A DNA stretch of 64,000 bases from Macrostomum lignano (Eukaryota), in contig NIVC01001109.1 of NCBI GenBank assembly GCA_002269645.1, forward strand, positions 51,860 to 115,859, read 5' to 3'. Shown piece after piece: positions 60,950 through 64,000 of the stretch (positions within the stretch are counted from its first letter, which is position 1; every line of letters starts with the position of its first letter). Both the position numbers and the translations under genes were made by a program. The notes under the pieces were generated by a model, which saw only the letters and a program-made list of their open reading frames with translations, searched no databases and had not been told where the DNA came from.

Positions 60950-63900
60950 ACATGTATGCAAAACATCTACCCCACCCATTAGGGGAAGGTATAACCTTAG
61001 AAGTCTAGCGTGGCACTCTAATATGCCAAATACAGCCACATTAACTTTGGGCTAATTTGAAATCTTGGCTTGGCTCTGCTTTTGAAGTGTACATGCCTAA
61101 AAATTTATAGTTAGGGCCACTATACACTCCTGTATATGTGCCTATGCATTTGACTGGGTATATAACCATGCGCTTGTTTGACTATTTAGGGGAGTTGACA
61201 GAATGTGAAGCAATGCCTCTTGCTAGTTGTGCATGCTTGTGCATAACCTGAGGATTAACCTTTTACCTAGCTATTTCTATTGGAAACATACATATGTAAG
61301 TCACTATTGATCATAGTAGTCAAGTGACTACTTTTAGCCAATAGCAACCTATATGCATTAGCATGTAACTGTATAATATATAGTTGTCAGCATGCAAAAA
61401 TGGCATAGGCCTACAGTGTGCAACTATAATTACAAAAAGGCTTTTTATATTTAGAACCTCCCCAAAAGGTCCTTCATTGTGGCAACAACCCCAAACCTCT
61501 AGACTATAGGCTAGTGCAAAAAGGGGATGCCTAGTGCAATTTAGACCTTGGCTATAATAGGAAACTATATTTTTATAGAATTCAAGTTTTTTTGTTATGT
61601 TATTGACATTAATTATAAGCATAAGCTTATCAATACAGTAGCCAAGCATAACATTTAAGTAATAGGCCTTTTTTATTGGAAAAGTCCTTTAAAAATATAT
61701 TGTTTTAATTTAAATTATTTATTTAATCTTAAGTCGTAAGAGACATGTATTGAAAACTTTATATTTTTTGAAGAAAAGTTAGGCAATAATTCCATTTATT
61801 TTAGATTTTTTTTTAAATAATTTATAAAAACAAAAAAATTATATTATTTATAATTTAAAACAATGACAATGACAATGTCTGTGATCATTATGTCATTTTG
61901 GATTTCAGGCCTTTGACCTAAGCTAGTAGTTAGAATTATTATTTTAAAAGTGCAGAAGGCAAAAATAAGCTTAATGAGGAATAGCTTATTTAGAGTTAAA
62001 CTAAGCTAAGACTATGATTGACTAGATGCAGAGATACAGATAGGTCTAAAGAGCAAGCAATGTATTTATTTAGCAATAAAAATCAAAATATAATTTTATA
62101 TCAATTCAAACTGTCAACTAGGGTGGGTTGCCAAATTAGACTTAGAGTTAAATGAGAATGCACTACACAACTGACTACATTATAAGAAAAAGTATTAAAA
62201 TATTAAAAAGGTAGGCCTACAATTAAAAATCAATCAAAACTAGAGCCTAGAGGCGTGGGGTGGGGTCTAGAGCCCTGTGAATAATAAAATGAAAGAAAAG
62301 AATGAATAGACAGGGTAGACAGAAAAAAAGAGCAGATAAAATTGCGATTAGTGAATACGATAGGCCTTAAAACGTTGCAGAATTTTGCACCTATTACGCT
62401 ACGAACGGTGCCAGTAGCAGTAATAAATGAGCCGCCGCCTGCATGCAGATGCATGCAATGCAAGCATAATAAATAATTGCGATGTTTGACAAGTTTTAAA
62501 GTTGGATCTGACGATATTTCTAATTTCAAGTAAATAACAAATACTATTGTTCTTTAACTTTTTGCCCAACTAAAAGAGTTATATTGTTATTTTTATATAC
62601 GAAAAACTAACATTAAGATTAAATTATCAGGTTTTGTATTGATATCTTTTTTAAAGTACACGATAATTCAAATTAATTCAGAAATTTGACAATAATTTCA
62701 TTTGTAAACTTTGTATTTTGTAATTATGTAATATCATAATTATGTGTCTGAGAAACGCTTGCTGGACAAATTAAATTGCTAAACAGTTGACGTTAGTTCA
62801 GCTGCCATTCAACAAGCGAAGAAACTAAGCAAACAAATTGAAACATGGATAGATTTATCGAATTGGCACAGTTACTGATTCTGATGTTCCTGTTATTTGT
62901 TCATATAGTCAATTTTCTCAGATTACGATTACACAGCAACAGCAGCAACTGAGCAACAAAATATGTTGTTTGCAGTTATTTCATCGAAACATAAGCGTTG
63001 TAATATGTGAACGGCGCGCCGGCATCACTCAGGGGGCAGACAACAGAATGCCAAGTGTGCTGTGCTCATGTTCTCTACTCTACTCCTAAGTCCTAGTCCT
63101 AGCATATAGCATTAGTATTATTAGCATGCCTGCTAATTGACAATTGCTAAGAGCTAATCAATTATGATTAGACATAGCCATAAGCCACGTCACTAACACT
63201 CACTAACACTAACTTGCAGTCATAGCAAGGGTTTGAATTAGTAATTTTGCAAAAGTTCATTCATATTCATAGCTGTAGTTTTTGCAGGTTTATATTAAAA
63301 GACAGCTTATTAATTAGGGCAACAAAATAAACAATTTTAATATTTTTATTATGTTTGTCATAGGCCTATAGCTTTTCAGTTTATATTTATAATGGATAGT
63401 TTTTTGTATGATTTGTATATCATGATAGATATTTCAAGTTTAACTTTGGTAATCCTAAATTTGACCCTGCTAATCTGCCATAGACATAGCACATAGGCAT
63501 ATAGTCTAAATGCCAAATTAATTAGTATTTACTTAGTTTTTTTCTAAGCTAGATAATTTAAGTTCTTTATTTTCATTTTTTATCAATTATTTAAAGGATT
63601 AGTAATCATAAAGTTTTTTTGGGATTTTGGGATTTTACAAATTTTATTAATTGTCAAATTCAAATAATCTATAAACTGTAGTTTTAAAGGATCTTTAAAC
63701 ATAGTCAATAGAGTCTATATATAGGCTTAACATAGAAAATATTTATATAGACTCAATCCTCATTATTTGCTATTAACATATAATTTTATAAAGGTTTCAA
63801 AATGTGCTTCTTTAATTTGTTCAATGAGATCTTAGATCTAAACTATGCCAAGGTTATTATTACTAAATTGAATTTTTTACTAGGAAAGCTTCTATAACCA

Positions 63901-64000
63901 ATTATGTCATTTATATATTTATAATGGTACTTTTAATTTAGGTATTAAAATAGTAATAATCAAAATTTGTAGGCCCAAAGATTAAAAGCTTATATTTGCT

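Noticed and set aside
61600-64000. AT-rich terminal region with ORF 62230-62529
   Set aside because: Low-complexity non-coding composition and no motif support.

Overview
Eukaryotic (animal) genomic DNA with spliceosomal introns. About a third of the window (~22 kb by my rough tally) is micro/minisatellite. The style suggests a flatworm such as Macrostomum, but that is an inference I cannot verify. Six host genes could be assembled by hand from in-phase splice sites: an intronless C-type lectin/PAN-like gene (-), a 6-exon neuroligin (+), a 4-exon Shisa-like single-pass protein with PPxY motifs (-), an unrecognised multi-exon helical protein with a GC-AG intron (-), a class A GPCR (-) and a 3-exon phosphoglycerate mutase (-). 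Mobile elements include a CORE-type tRNA-SINE, a 2.1-kb P-like element (44-bp TIRs, 8-bp TSD, decayed THAP domain), a 630-bp Tc1 deletion derivative, an RTE fragment and two foldback hairpins. The most interesting object is an apparently intact Penelope-like retroelement (50539-55449) inside a (TCTA)n higher-order satellite. It has 410-bp direct repeats carrying minimal hammerhead ribozymes, a probably spliced ORF1 with an SGNH-like domain, and an RT/GIY-YIG ORF whose conserved N-terminus lies upstream of its first ATG, just after an A_AAA_AAC slippery heptamer. There is no CRISPR array, rRNA or true tRNA. Most long ORFs in the supplied track are repeat translations.
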